NCBI GenBank assembly: GCA_035084275.1 | Contig: CM068756.1 | Coordinates: 4,588,001-4,652,000, forward strand | Direction: 5' to 3' | DNA: 64,000 nt | Source: Hydrolagus colliei | Taxonomy: Eukaryota | Shown: positions 27,301 to 39,013 of the stretch, piece after piece | Layout: every line of letters starts with the position of its first letter | How positions within the stretch are numbered: position 1 is the first letter of the stretch | Translations under genes and position numbers: made by a program | The notes under the pieces: generated by a model | Seen by the model: only the letters and a program-made list of their open reading frames with translations | Database searches by the model: none | Told to the model about the DNA's origin: nothing

Positions 27301-28599
27301 TCTGCACTTTTCCTTACTCACAAAATCAGAGCAGGCCTTCATTGGTTTGAATTTTCCGTTTAATATTATTATTAAATTTTCCCCCTAGATACTGTACAGC
27401 ACAGGCTTAGTGTAATGCTCTTTACCTAGCAACCTGCCAGCAACTGGCAAACTGACACATTGAGGGCAATTAATCACTTCAAGAATCAAATCGGAACTTC
27501 AGCCCTCTGGCTGAAAGTCATTGATTGTTCCACCTGAGTTACTGGGCTCCATCTACGATCCGATCCGTTTTCCCCCTGACCTAAACTTTAAAGGCAATGA
27601 AAAATGATTCTCATTACCAGGCTGACTGACCATCCCTGCTACTTTCTCAGTTCCAACATCAGACCTGGGTTGATCTCTCATCTTTGGCATCTTGAATTAT
27701 GTATATTGGTGCTAAAATGCATCTTAACAAAAAGTGCATCAATCCTCCTATCAAATTTCTATTAAATACACAGCTCTCCTCCTTCTCCTGGAAGCCACTC
27801 CTACATTTAACCTTGGCTAGATCAATTGGATTCAGAAGAACAATGCTTGGCAAAACCTCAAAATACAGCAATAATCAGGTTTATAATATCAATGTAAAGC
27901 ATCTTTTAGTCATTACATCAACATTAAGATGTGAAGATTGAACAATAATCATCAAGCTATCAAAGTGTATATATGAAAAAAAATCTTCCTGGATGAAGTA
28001 AATATTAATTTTGTGCTCCCTGAATTGATAGTAAGACAGATTGAATGTTAAAAACAAAGTAATTCAAGGTATATGATGAATGCTGGTGAGGGTTTCAAGC
28101 TACACCCTTTTTCAAAAGAGGATTCATTTTCAAAATGGTCATAAGGTTCAAGGATAAAAAGATCTGGCAAATCTCAGCCATTAGACACAATTTGAACTCA
28201 AACTTCCCTTTCGTCTACATAACTCCTGTCTAACTACTAATAAGACACAACTCTGCTGCAGAGATTACACAAAACTCACATCGTTCAAGGAGTTGGATTT
28301 GCAAGATTGCAGTGATTCTAACCTAAATGGTTAAACATTCCACTGCAAGTCAATAAGTTAAGGTTTGGAATCTCTAGACTGTCACCTGAACCGCTGTGCT
28401 AATCAGCAGATATTGTATATATATTATATTACACACACAGATAAGCAGTTACACTGGGCTGGAGTGTGGCAATCAACATAAAGCAGTTAAAAAAAGTTGG
28501 AAGAGAGCGAAAAGAGAACAAAGGCTTCTGCTGCACTGTACAATCTGCTAGCTCACCGCACCTTTCCGTTCCCTGCCACCATCTCAAATATAGTAGCCG

Positions 28600-28990
28600 T
28601 GTGTCCTTTGAACTCAAGGATAATATTGACAATAATGAAAGGAGCATAAGTTCATGATAGATGCATGTGTTGATGCCTCTACAAGCCATTACGTGGCAGG
28701 CATTTGTCAACCGCATGTCTCACATAACCACGTTTCTGGAGGAGTCCCCCGTTGATCCCTATGACATTGCCGAACTTTCCATCGCGCCTCCACACTGGCA
28801 CAGTTGTTCCTCAAAGCCCTTGACTCCTTCTCTCACTGCAACACCCCGTTGCTGTCTATAGGAGGCCAGGGTTTCCCAAGAGTCAATGATCATGTTGCAT
28901 TGCGTTTACGTGTATCTTAGTTGTCCTTGTAGCATCTTTGTTGCCCATCCCACTTTTGTTTGCTATCCATTGGGCTGGACTTGTCAGATC
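28600..28990 (-). mobile_element. RTE-clade LINE 3' fragment, degenerate
   Basis: Minus-strand frames give KQKWDGQQRCYKDN, QCNMIIDSWETLASYRQQRGVAVREG and a broken C2H2 finger (WLCETCG...CLPRNGL*RHQHMH), resembling RTE ORF C-termini. Confidence 0.7.
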
Positions 28991-31900
28991 TGCAAACATA
29001 CCTATATCCTGAACCCAACCATTGTTATTCCATCTCCATTTGGTATCTAGTATCATTCAAGTGTATGACACAGTTGACTTTACCATTAATGTGTGAAATC
29101 ATTACTGTCAAACCATGTGCTGTATAAATGACTGAAACTTAATGGAATAAATGTAGCACAAAAAATAGAAGTTCTCAACCGAATTTTAACATTTGTGTTT
29201 ACTTTTTAAGACAGGAAGGGTGGAATAAGAAAGAGAGAAAAATGATCCTGAAATTGAACAGATGCTCAACTGCTTAATAGGAATGTATCAATTGATTGCT
29301 TCAGTCAGGGCTGAGTGCATACCATTAAAGAATTTCAGATTGTTGTGAAATGGGCAGAAGAAAGGAAACAGTTAACTGATCTGTTAAGGAAAAATGAAAT
29401 GGAATCTGTAATGCATTCCATCAAACAATACAAATTCCCATACATGCCATTATGGGGGAAATAAATGAACAATCTGTAAATGACCACACTAATCTTTAAG
29501 CTCTGGAATGCGATGGTAAGGAGTCCACTAAAGAGAAATCAACGGGAGCAAAAGATAAAACGATGACAGGTAAGATCATTAGTTTGTAGATCGTACGCCA
29601 ATTAAAGGGTTTCTATGCCAAAGAAAGGACTGTCCTTGAGTTTAGCACAAACCAAAAAACTCGAGACAAATAGGAAAGTGATAGCAATATGAATAGGCGC
29701 AAAATGTTTTTCAACGCAATCATTATTTTTTTTCTAAAAGCAGGCCAAAATTTATTTTCATTTATTCATTCACTTTCTTTCACAAAATGCTCGCTGTACA
29801 GCAGCTTGAGTCCCTTTCAGAAACAATCTCTTGCTCAGTTTTGATAAAGGAACTTGTTCAACTGCTACCTCACTCATTAGTGAGTCACCCATCCTGGGGA
29901 TTTTTTTTCATAATAGAACAATTCAAACATTAGTCAACATTCATATCATCCACATCTCCGCAATGTCACAACCTGTTTTTAGTGAATCATAAAAAAACAG
30001 AGGAGTATCCAACCACTGCTAACAGCAAGTGCAATCGCGCAGATCAAAGACTTTCTAAATTCTGTAAATGTGATTATTTTGTACAGTTAAAAATCATGAC
30101 TGCTTTGTTTTGGTATTTGATTTTTTTTTTAAAAATTCACTCTTTTCCCACAGTTCCACAATAGAGCTCAACAGACTCCAATAGTGGAGCCATTGACACA
30201 AGTGGTCAAAACAACATAAGGTAGTGAAGGATTTACATTCTATCCCCTTTTTTCATAATACTTCTCACCCAGAAAATGTAAAATTATGCATTACCTTCCC
30301 TCATGGGGTTGGGGTTAGAAGGGGGTGGGTGGGGGGGTGGGCGCTGCTTTTAAAAAACTGTTTTTAAAATGAATAAGGTAAATATTAACAAATAATAGCC
30401 ACGATTTCCAAGTACAAATTACTGATCTGCGGAGCTAGATGTACAAATAATGAAAACAAAGACCCTCTTCCCAATGTCAGATAAGAACAGATTGAGAATT
30501 CACAATCAAAGCCAGGGTACTTGTCCCTGTAGATAAATTTTCTCTGTGTTGTCAAGTAAATCAAACACTGGTTTTGAAATGCCCAAACAGTATGTGGGAC
30601 GACGAGATCAGCGCAAAGTGAAAGACCTCATTTGGTCAGATGAGTATCTGAAACAAGCCATACTTGAGAGTGTCCACCCCATTCTTAAGGGGTTCCAGAC
30701 AGACTTCCTCAGATGCAGGCTCTCTATGCATAGAGATTTCCCCTTGTCTGGAATGGAATGGAATGCGCATTCTCTCCTTGGGAGGATCGCATCCTGCTTT
30801 CTTCATTCTATTAGAGTATTAGGCGCAGAAATCTGGATTTCCTCCAGAATGTCCACAGAGGTACTGCTGCTGGGGTTCAACCAACTAAAATGGCACAGCT
30901 TGCAACTGTAAATAATTGGAGCTTCCTGCAGATTTGTGTTGTCTTTGGAAGTTGTGTTTAATTGGCTGGACAGCAATATTGAAAATAAAAGATTTGTAGG
31001 TCTGTAGATGTTATTTTGGAGGACACAGACTCAGTCTAGTTGGCCTCCCACAACCCCAGCGCCCAATCACTTCCTGATCTGAGCTTCTCAATTGTGTGCT
31101 TGCTGGAATAACTAGTACTGATAAGGGTAACCATTTGAAATACCACATTTAAGAAGAGGATACCCCAGGTCTACCAGGCCTGGAAAAGACAAACATGTGT
31201 GTCCAGAGAAAGAATAAGTAGGAGATAAATGTAGCCCTCCCTTCTTGAATGAGATGCTGTTCATTCTCATTAACTCTTCATTTAACCTCGAGGTGAAGGT
31301 TTAACCCCACTCATTTGGTCGAATTAGGTTTGAATTGCTTCTCAGATTATGCTTCCCGATTACATTTGTTGCTCGTTCTTACATGTAAGATGTCTTGGCC
31401 ATGTATTAAATCAATCTTGTTGTAAGTCTGCTACAACAGAGAAGAAAAAAAATCAATAAACTACTCGACCCCCCAAAAAACACAAAAAAAGTAAACCTCA
31501 GCACAAGGCCATGTTTGTAAATAAATTGTTCTATTTTGGTGGCAGAGCAATTTCAGCAATGTGTGTATGTAATTTTTTTGTGTGTATCAATGAGAAAGAG
31601 CAACATTTACTTACAAGATAATCACATACTACAAGTATCTCGACTTCTTCCCAGATAAGAATTGCTTACTTCTGAAACAGCTTCCCTGCACAGACCAAGG
31701 AATCAGCCTCAACTGTCCATAGTTTTAGACAGTCCTGAAGGCCCTTCAGTTCTCTCACGGTGCTGATTATACTTATCAGCTCTTTGCATATCAGAAAGTT
31801 CTGAAAAATATTGAACCCTCTGGCATACAAGGTTATTTTGAAGATTAAAAGGAATACTTAAATTCAGTTTGCATAACTTAGCTCACATTTTAATGGATGT

Positions 31901-32025
31901 ATACAGAGGCTTCATTATTCACCCAATCTCAATCATATGTTAACTTTTAAATGACTTCACCAGAGGAATTACCGACTTTCACAAACCGAAGATTAAAAGG
32001 TCACTGTGCTTTTTGATCGTCTCTA

Positions 32026-32367
32026 TAATAATAATAAATAATAATTCTTGCATTTGATGTAGCGCTTTCCACATCTTATCAACGTCCCAAAGTGCTTCAC
32101 AGAATATACTGTAAAGTTAATTGACTGTATATATTTGTGGGCGAATCGTGGCAGCCAATTGCGCACAGTAGTGTCCCACACACAGTCGCGGATTGAAATG
32201 ACCAATTTTTATTATTGTGGTTTTTTTGGATGGATTATTATTAGGCGTGTGGAGTAAGGAAACTTGCCCAAGGTTTCCTGATCTGCCTGGATTCGAACAC
32301 AGGTCTCCCCAATTTGGTCTCCCCAGCCTGCAAGACAAGTGCTCTAACCACTGAGCCACAGGAGCTC
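32026..32367 (-). mobile_element. Full-length copy of the same tRNA-derived SINE
   Basis: Colinear with 10396-10721 over its length. A and B boxes present. Small duplication GGGGAGACC-AAATT-GGGGAGACC in the head. Confidence 0.9.
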
Positions 32368-33962
32368 TAGCATATTACTAAAAATATAAAAGATGACTAA
32401 AAATTCATGGAACAAAGCAATGAAAGCTGGAATTTGTATGTAGCGGCTAAAAAGGAAAAAAAATTAAAGTAGGGTAACCACGTTTAGTAACTTATAACCG
32501 ATTATAACAACCGAGTTGTTTACTACCACAAGTTCTGCGATTTATATAAGAGACTAGTAGGCCTCAAAGCCACCATTAAGTGTAAATTAGAATGCATGTT
32601 TTGATGTGTTCCAGGTCAACCTACACAAAATGCCACTGCATCTTGAGGAATTTAGAAATAACACCACTTGAATTTGTACAATGCCTTTCATGCAGAATAA
32701 TTTTTTTAAAAACAAAGTTTGATGGCTGCAAGTGAGGTGTCAAAAATGGACACAGGTACAATAGAAATTAGAAAGTTTGCTGAAGTGTTTTGGACTTGAA
32801 ATCCTTATTGAAAAAGGCTCAAAGGATTCCGTAGTGTTACAGATGAAAAGACAAGCACATCAGTGTGTGTTCCACTGGGAAATAACTGCTCAATTGTAAC
32901 AAGGAACAGCAACAGATCAGGCACAATGAAATTCTTCAGTGTCTGGTCATGTAACGCAAGTGAAACATAACAGATAGGTACATAACATTGGAGAAGCCAG
33001 GAAATGTTTAGTAGGAATGGGCCACAACTATGCCTGTCACAACACATGTACACTTCACACCTCTGAATTGTGGACTTGAGGTACTCACAGTGAGGTGCAG
33101 ATAAAAGGAAAGACCTCGGTTTGGAAATTATACATTGAAAATCAATTTGGGCAGAGACTTGAAAGCTGTCAGAATAATTTTTTTAAAAATTATCCCCATA
33201 GTGACTATTAAGAGACAAAATACAAAGGGTCAGGAAGGTTCTTTACAGAGAAACAGAAGAATATTTCCCTCACATTATTTTTTCATTTAGTCTTCTTGCT
33301 GTTTGTGAGATATTGTTAGTGTTGGCGTTGTGATTGTCTCACAACAAAAAGCAACACACTGCACAAAAATGCTTAACATATTTCAATGTGGTAAGAGGAT
33401 TTCAGGCAAAAGTAACCGTTTTAAAATTATTTTCTGATCAAATTAATTTGTAAGGAGATACAGAAAACGAGCTTGAGCTCCCAAGTCATTTACAATTATA
33501 ATGACCGTTAAGATCAGAAGAAATTCCAGGTGGCAACACATTTAAGTCAATAAAATGTCCAGTCCCTATCACTCGCATCTCCCAGTAACACAAGTCACAA
33601 CTGCAAGCACTGACCTCAAAAAAACACCAACTCTTTCCCCGAATCCCTTTAGCTGATAAGTGAAATGGCTGGAATGTGGTTGATAGCCAGTCTATTACAA
33701 CGGGGAGGTTTGAAATACCCACTATCATCCAATGTATCATCATCCTCCCATCAGCTCCAGACCACAGAACAATTAATATTCAGAACAATTGCTGCTGCGA
33801 TGGCAGGCTGTGAGATAGTGATATGATTCTGCAACACAGTATCTTAATAATAAATACTCAAACCCTTTCATTGGCCCATTACTTTATGGTTGTACTTGTT
33901 TTTCGGTCTGCCTGTTAAGAAATAGTTGTCTTAGTTTCATGAGTTTTAGTTTCATGCCCTTT

Positions 33963-34816
33963 AAAGATGGTGGCGGCGGCGGAGGAGGATTAAGTGCCGC
34001 CGCTCACCGAAACCGCTACCGAGATTTGGGCCGGTTGTGCAGGATGCAGAGCTACACACCACCGTGCGTCTGCGGGGAGCTGGGGCAGGTCCGCCTGACC
34101 ACGGGCTTTTCATCGTCATTGGCCATGGACGAGGTGAACTCGCTCGACAACGACGTCTTCGGGCAGTTCCCCTGCGAGGTCTTTCACCCGGTCCGGTGCT
34201 GCAAGTGGCGGATCATCTCGTGGAGGGAGATCCAGACGGCGATCGGGCTGCGGCTGTGGCTGCTGCTGTGCGGACTGGTTTTGGGGCCTGTTGCCACACT
34301 CTGCCCTGTTTCCCAACGTTTTGAAAATCGTCCGGGCGGGAGGCGGGGAGAAGGAGCGGTTGCTGGACTGTTGTTAGTTGTTGATTGCTATTATTTTTCT
34401 CTTCCCCCTTATCCCCTTCTCTCCCTCTTTCCTCTTGTCCCGCTTTCTCCCTGATTTTGCCCCTCACCCACCTTTACCTCCCTCTCTCCTTTGCCCCCCC
34501 TTTCTCCCCCTTCTTCCTCCCTGACTTTGCTCTACACCACCTTTCCCTCCCTCTCCCCCTTTGCTCTCTTTTCCCCCTTTCTCCCCTGGCCCCATTTCTG
34601 TGACTGTTTGTGGGACACTGCTGTGTGCAATTTAGCTGCCGTGTTTCGCTCACAAATATACAGTCAATTTTCCTACTCTTCTTCGTCCTGCCGCAACCCC
34701 TCCCTCACCTGCTCTTGTCCCTACCTAACTGTACAGCGCCTTGGGACGTCTTCTCGATGTGAAAGGCGCTATATAAATGTAAGTTTTGACTGATTGATTG
34801 ATTGGTTGATTGATTG
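33963..34816 (+). mobile_element. Chimeric non-autonomous retroposon: GC-rich 5' part with H2B-derived segment, CT-rich spacer, SINE body fragment, L2-type tail and (GATT)n end
   Basis: Sharp GC/CpG contrast with the flanks. 34593-34670 matches the body of the local SINE family. 34730-34787 is the tail tgtacagcgccttgggacgtc...gtgaaaggcgctatataaatgtaag, followed by a GATT microsatellite. Confidence 0.65.
34041..34256 (+). pseudogene. H2B: Diverged histone H2B-derived segment (histone-fold core) within open ORF 33939-34454
   Basis: RMQSYTPPCVCGELGQVRLTTGFSSSLAMDEVNSLDNDVFGQFPCEVFHPVRCCKWRIISWREIQTAIGLRL aligns by eye to canonical H2B [70 protein letters not shown] (29/72 identities, two single-codon insertions, REIQTA intact). 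GC-rich histone-like codons. No Lys-rich N-tail, no alphaC helix and no histone stem-loop. Confidence 0.85.
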
Positions 34817-37800
34817 TAAAATTTAAAGCATAAAATGATTCCTGAAAATTAATGTGGCCTGTTAATTAATTTTAGCCCATTTTATTCTTAATACTTATGA
34901 GAAACAAAATTTCCAATTCCTTACCTTTCAGAATGGGGTAGGTACAACCACAGCAATTTGATACAATAAATTTACATAAAAAAGGGTAGATATTGCGGTT
35001 AAAACATATTCAGAAATATACATTTAAGACATCAATGCAATTAAGGAAAGGCCTGAGCAATCCTCAAGGTGTGAGATATTCCTCAGTCATTAAGTGTGGG
35101 TCCAAAATGGAATAATATAATTTTTGTTTCCATTTCAACAACATACAGTATTGTGCAAATCATGGTGAGAGGAATTGGGAGCTCTATTATCAGCAGTTCA
35201 TTCTATAATTAAATATTCTGCCATATAATCAGTTTCACAAAAATAAATGATATTCAAATTTTATGTCTTTTAAATGTCTTGTAACATAATAATATGCATT
35301 GATCATATAAATGTCCCACAAACAGTCACACGGCGAATGAGCAATTTTATCTGTGGGGGATTGTTGGCCAGGATACTGGGAGAAATTCCCTTGCTGAGTT
35401 CCATCACTCTTGACCCAGCTCTGGGGAATATGATGCAATCTACTGTGGCTGAAAGCTCCACTGACACGATAGCTCCACTACAACCATCAACTGTATTTTA
35501 AGTACAGATGTATTGGACAATCCAGGACTGCCCCAACTGTGTGTGTATATCATACACAGGTCAAGTCTCTGACAGAATCAGAAAAGGGTGAAATTGCATT
35601 TACGCACATTAGGCTGTTTAACAAAGCTTGTGAATAACTGTCAAGTTTGTGTTCAGACAGGGCTTGTTGACTCTTCCTAGGGGTATAATCTGATCCTGCT
35701 AATATGTGCCCCACCTCCTTTGCAACCAGTTTCTGTTCCCCAGGATGATAGCTGTTGCAATCAGTGATGAAGCTTTGCTTCAGTGCTTCCTCCAAGTTTA
35801 TTTACTGCAGCAGAATTGATACTGAGTCTGTAACTGAAACATCCCGTTGCATCAACCACACAATGATTGCTGGGTGCCAAAGTTCACTGGATCCACTGTA
35901 GAATAATTATCTCAACAGGCATTTCACTCTACAACAATTCATGTTACTACCTTGTTAAAGACAATGTGGAGAAATATACACTGTCTCTTAGTTGATAACA
36001 CTTTAAATGGCAATTCAGATATAATTTTCACATGCTTAGTTTGGACAACAATCAACCTATCAGTCACTTGTTCTCTAACACATTACATTTAACCAATAAT
36101 CTCATGCACCAAATTTCATTCTGATGCTTATGGTTTATTATGGTAAAACGATGCAGTTATTTCATTTGGTATAAACAATAGCACACTAAACAACTCTTCA
36201 AGCATTTTGATCCAAACTAATTTGCATGCAAGAGAATAAAGGAACTAAAAACCATCCTAAGCCTGGTTACGATGGATGAGATCTAGAAAGTAATTTAGTT
36301 ACTTGGTGCGAAACATTATTTAAAATACTCCTTGCCAACTTCGGCATGTGTTATTTCCCAGGCTGTATTAACATAATAAAATGAAATGCTTATCAACAAC
36401 ATAATATTCAAAAGATATAAGCCTCTGTATATAAACTGAAGCCTGGAATCATATTTGCTAGTAAGCATATGCTCCTCTGGGCACGGGGGAGGGGGGAAGG
36501 AAAGAAAAAATAGTTCTGTAACTCAGCAGAAAACTAGATACCTTTACTGTGTTTTGAACATAACTTGATAAACAAATGCTTTAAATGATGGACTGCCAAT
36601 GTTTTCTCATTTGCATAAGAAAGTCATAGAATAATCAATTTAAATACCTGGTGGTGGAGTATAATAACAACAACAACATTACACTTGTATAGCGCCTTTC
36701 ACGTCAGGAGGATGTCCCAAGGAGCAGGAGACAAAAGACCCAAATGCAAATCCCAGGCCAAACTGACATTGAAGGGATATTGGAGGATAAGACTTTACTG
36801 AAGCCTTATCCTTAAGTACTTGTTTGAAAAATACAAGCTTTTTACATGCATTTGGTTTTAAAATGGAGCACAGACCTGTATTTTTCCACTCAAGGATAAA
36901 TTTACCATAGGATCTTATCCTCAAGCATCCCTTTAATGTTAACCAGCCTTGTGGGTTTTGCAAGTTCTCTGTTTGCACTCTGTGGGCCCGTTTACAATGT
37001 ACAGAATCGCATCTTGTCACTCGGCCTGTCACTGAGTGGCAATAGCAGTCAGAGACACGTTACCAGCTTCAGATTGTCTTGAAATGTCAGTGAGAACTAA
37101 CAGGGTGGGTTCTTGTGGTTATTTTAAAATTTCCGCCCTGTCCAGAGGTTGGGGGAGGGAGGCGGTAGGGGGTAGACAGAATCTAAACACAACTTTTATT
37201 GATAATAATTAATAATAATCTTGTGTTTGATATAGCACCTTGTACTGCAAAGTCTCAAAGTACTTCAGAATTTCCTGTAACGTGTAGTGCACGTAAATTT
37301 TGTAAGTGAACATAATTTTTTAAGACTTCAAACAGCAATATAGAAAGCGCATACTTGGATAATCTGTTATCCACATTCATTTGCCAAGGTCACACAGCAC
37401 AACTGTGATGCAATTATAAAATTATAAGGTTATAGTATTTAAAATATAAAAACTAACTAGTGTTGAAAGTGCTGCATTTCAAAGTCAACACAGCAGCAAA
37501 TTCACTTGGCTTAGCAAATGGAGAATAGTCCAGAGTACACATTAACAATCCATGATACAGTGAGTGATCCCCCAGGAGCCAAAACTAAGCTGTTTACAAA
37601 CATATATTCCTTACAGCAAGGACGCTGGGATGGTAGGAAGTGTATCCCTCGAAAGCCACCGTCGAATTCCCAAATCACTCGACCAGTAAAGAGACATTCT
37701 TATCGCAGTATCCACACAGATCCTTATAAAACCCAAATAATGGAATGCCAAACCACCACAAAATACTTCAAAGCGTTACAGAGACTAGTATCTGAGTTCA

Positions 37801-38932
37801 AATGCCAGCCATGATTTGGATTTCAAATCCAAGGTCTCTCAACATAAGATGCAACACTGTACAGCTTCAAAGACAGGCCTTCAATATATGTACTGTAATT
37901 GAATTTTTTAAGTGAAGACCTTTCCTGGCCAATACATAAAGATACAGCACACTCGATTTGTATCACAATTTATAATAATCATAAATAAAGAATAATGATC
38001 TTTGCGTCTGATATAGTGCCTTATCTCATCATTGAGATATGTCAAAGTACTTCACAGATTATACTGTAAAGTGGAGAGACTGGGTATTTTGGGGGTGAAA
38101 CACAGCAGCACAACATTCTCCCACAAATGACTAAGTTGTCCAGGATGTTAGGAGAAACTCCCTTCTATTTTCGAATCGTGGCATGGGACCTTTAACATCA
38201 ACCTGAACAGGCAGTCGGGACCCAGTTTAATATTTCATCCAAAGGACGATCGGTTATGACAGGTTATGACTAGATACGATGGACAAAATTGATGGCTATA
38301 CTTCCATTCTGTCTATCCCAGTCAATCAAACCCATACTTTAAAATACTTCCAATCTTAGAGCTCTCAGTAGAGTACTTCAAATCATGGCTTTTTAATAAC
38401 ATGTTTTCAATGTTCAGACCAGTATGACAGATCTTATATACTGTATCTGCCAGAGATCTTAGCACATCTGTGTTGGTGCCACTCATTAACTTTTGACTAC
38501 ATCTACCCATCTAGCACATTATCCCTCTCAACAACGCAGCTTTTTGCCAAACAGCTTTTTGTATAATTGAAAAAAAAGTATTAACCACTATCAAATGCAC
38601 ACTTGGTATTAGTTGTTCAGTTCATAGCCTCAGATCATGAGGCTAATTCCTTTTTGGTTATAATCTGGCCACAAATAGAACAGGTCATAAAGGCCATTTA
38701 TATTTATTTTAAAAAGCAAGGACTGTTTGGCTAATCCAAACCGTCATTAGGAACAGCTGAGTTTTAAAACCCAATGAAGGTCCATTTGTGACCCAGGATA
38801 AAATGTAGTTTCAGTTTTATTTTCAATTGAATCTTTCTGTAACATTCAAATACATTCAAATACTGTAACATTCAAATGCGCAGAAGACTCATTCTAACTG
38901 AAGCTGAAGTTCTCACAATCCCACGATATTAC

Positions 38933-39013
38933 CTGGCATCATCCATAGGGCCAGCTCCTCTGGGTTCTCTTCTGACCGCTTTACTTCTGGTCCTTCAGGA
39001 GTCTCTGGTGCCT
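38933..39013 (-). CDS. Internal coding exon (E-APETPEGPEVKRSEENPEELALWMMP-G)
   Basis: 81 bp, ctatattttag|AG...CCAG|gtaata, phase 1-1. The other two frames have stops. GC-richer than the flanks. Confidence 0.6.

Noticed and set aside
30546-30911. 121-aa plus-strand ORF (also 3932-4432, 26845-27228, 53252-53680)
   Set aside because: No recognisable homology or convincing splice context; such lengths are expected by chance.
33955-34830. TTTAAAG near both ends of the H2B mosaic as a TSD
   Set aside because: Short, AT-rich and not directly abutting the 3' end; could be chance.
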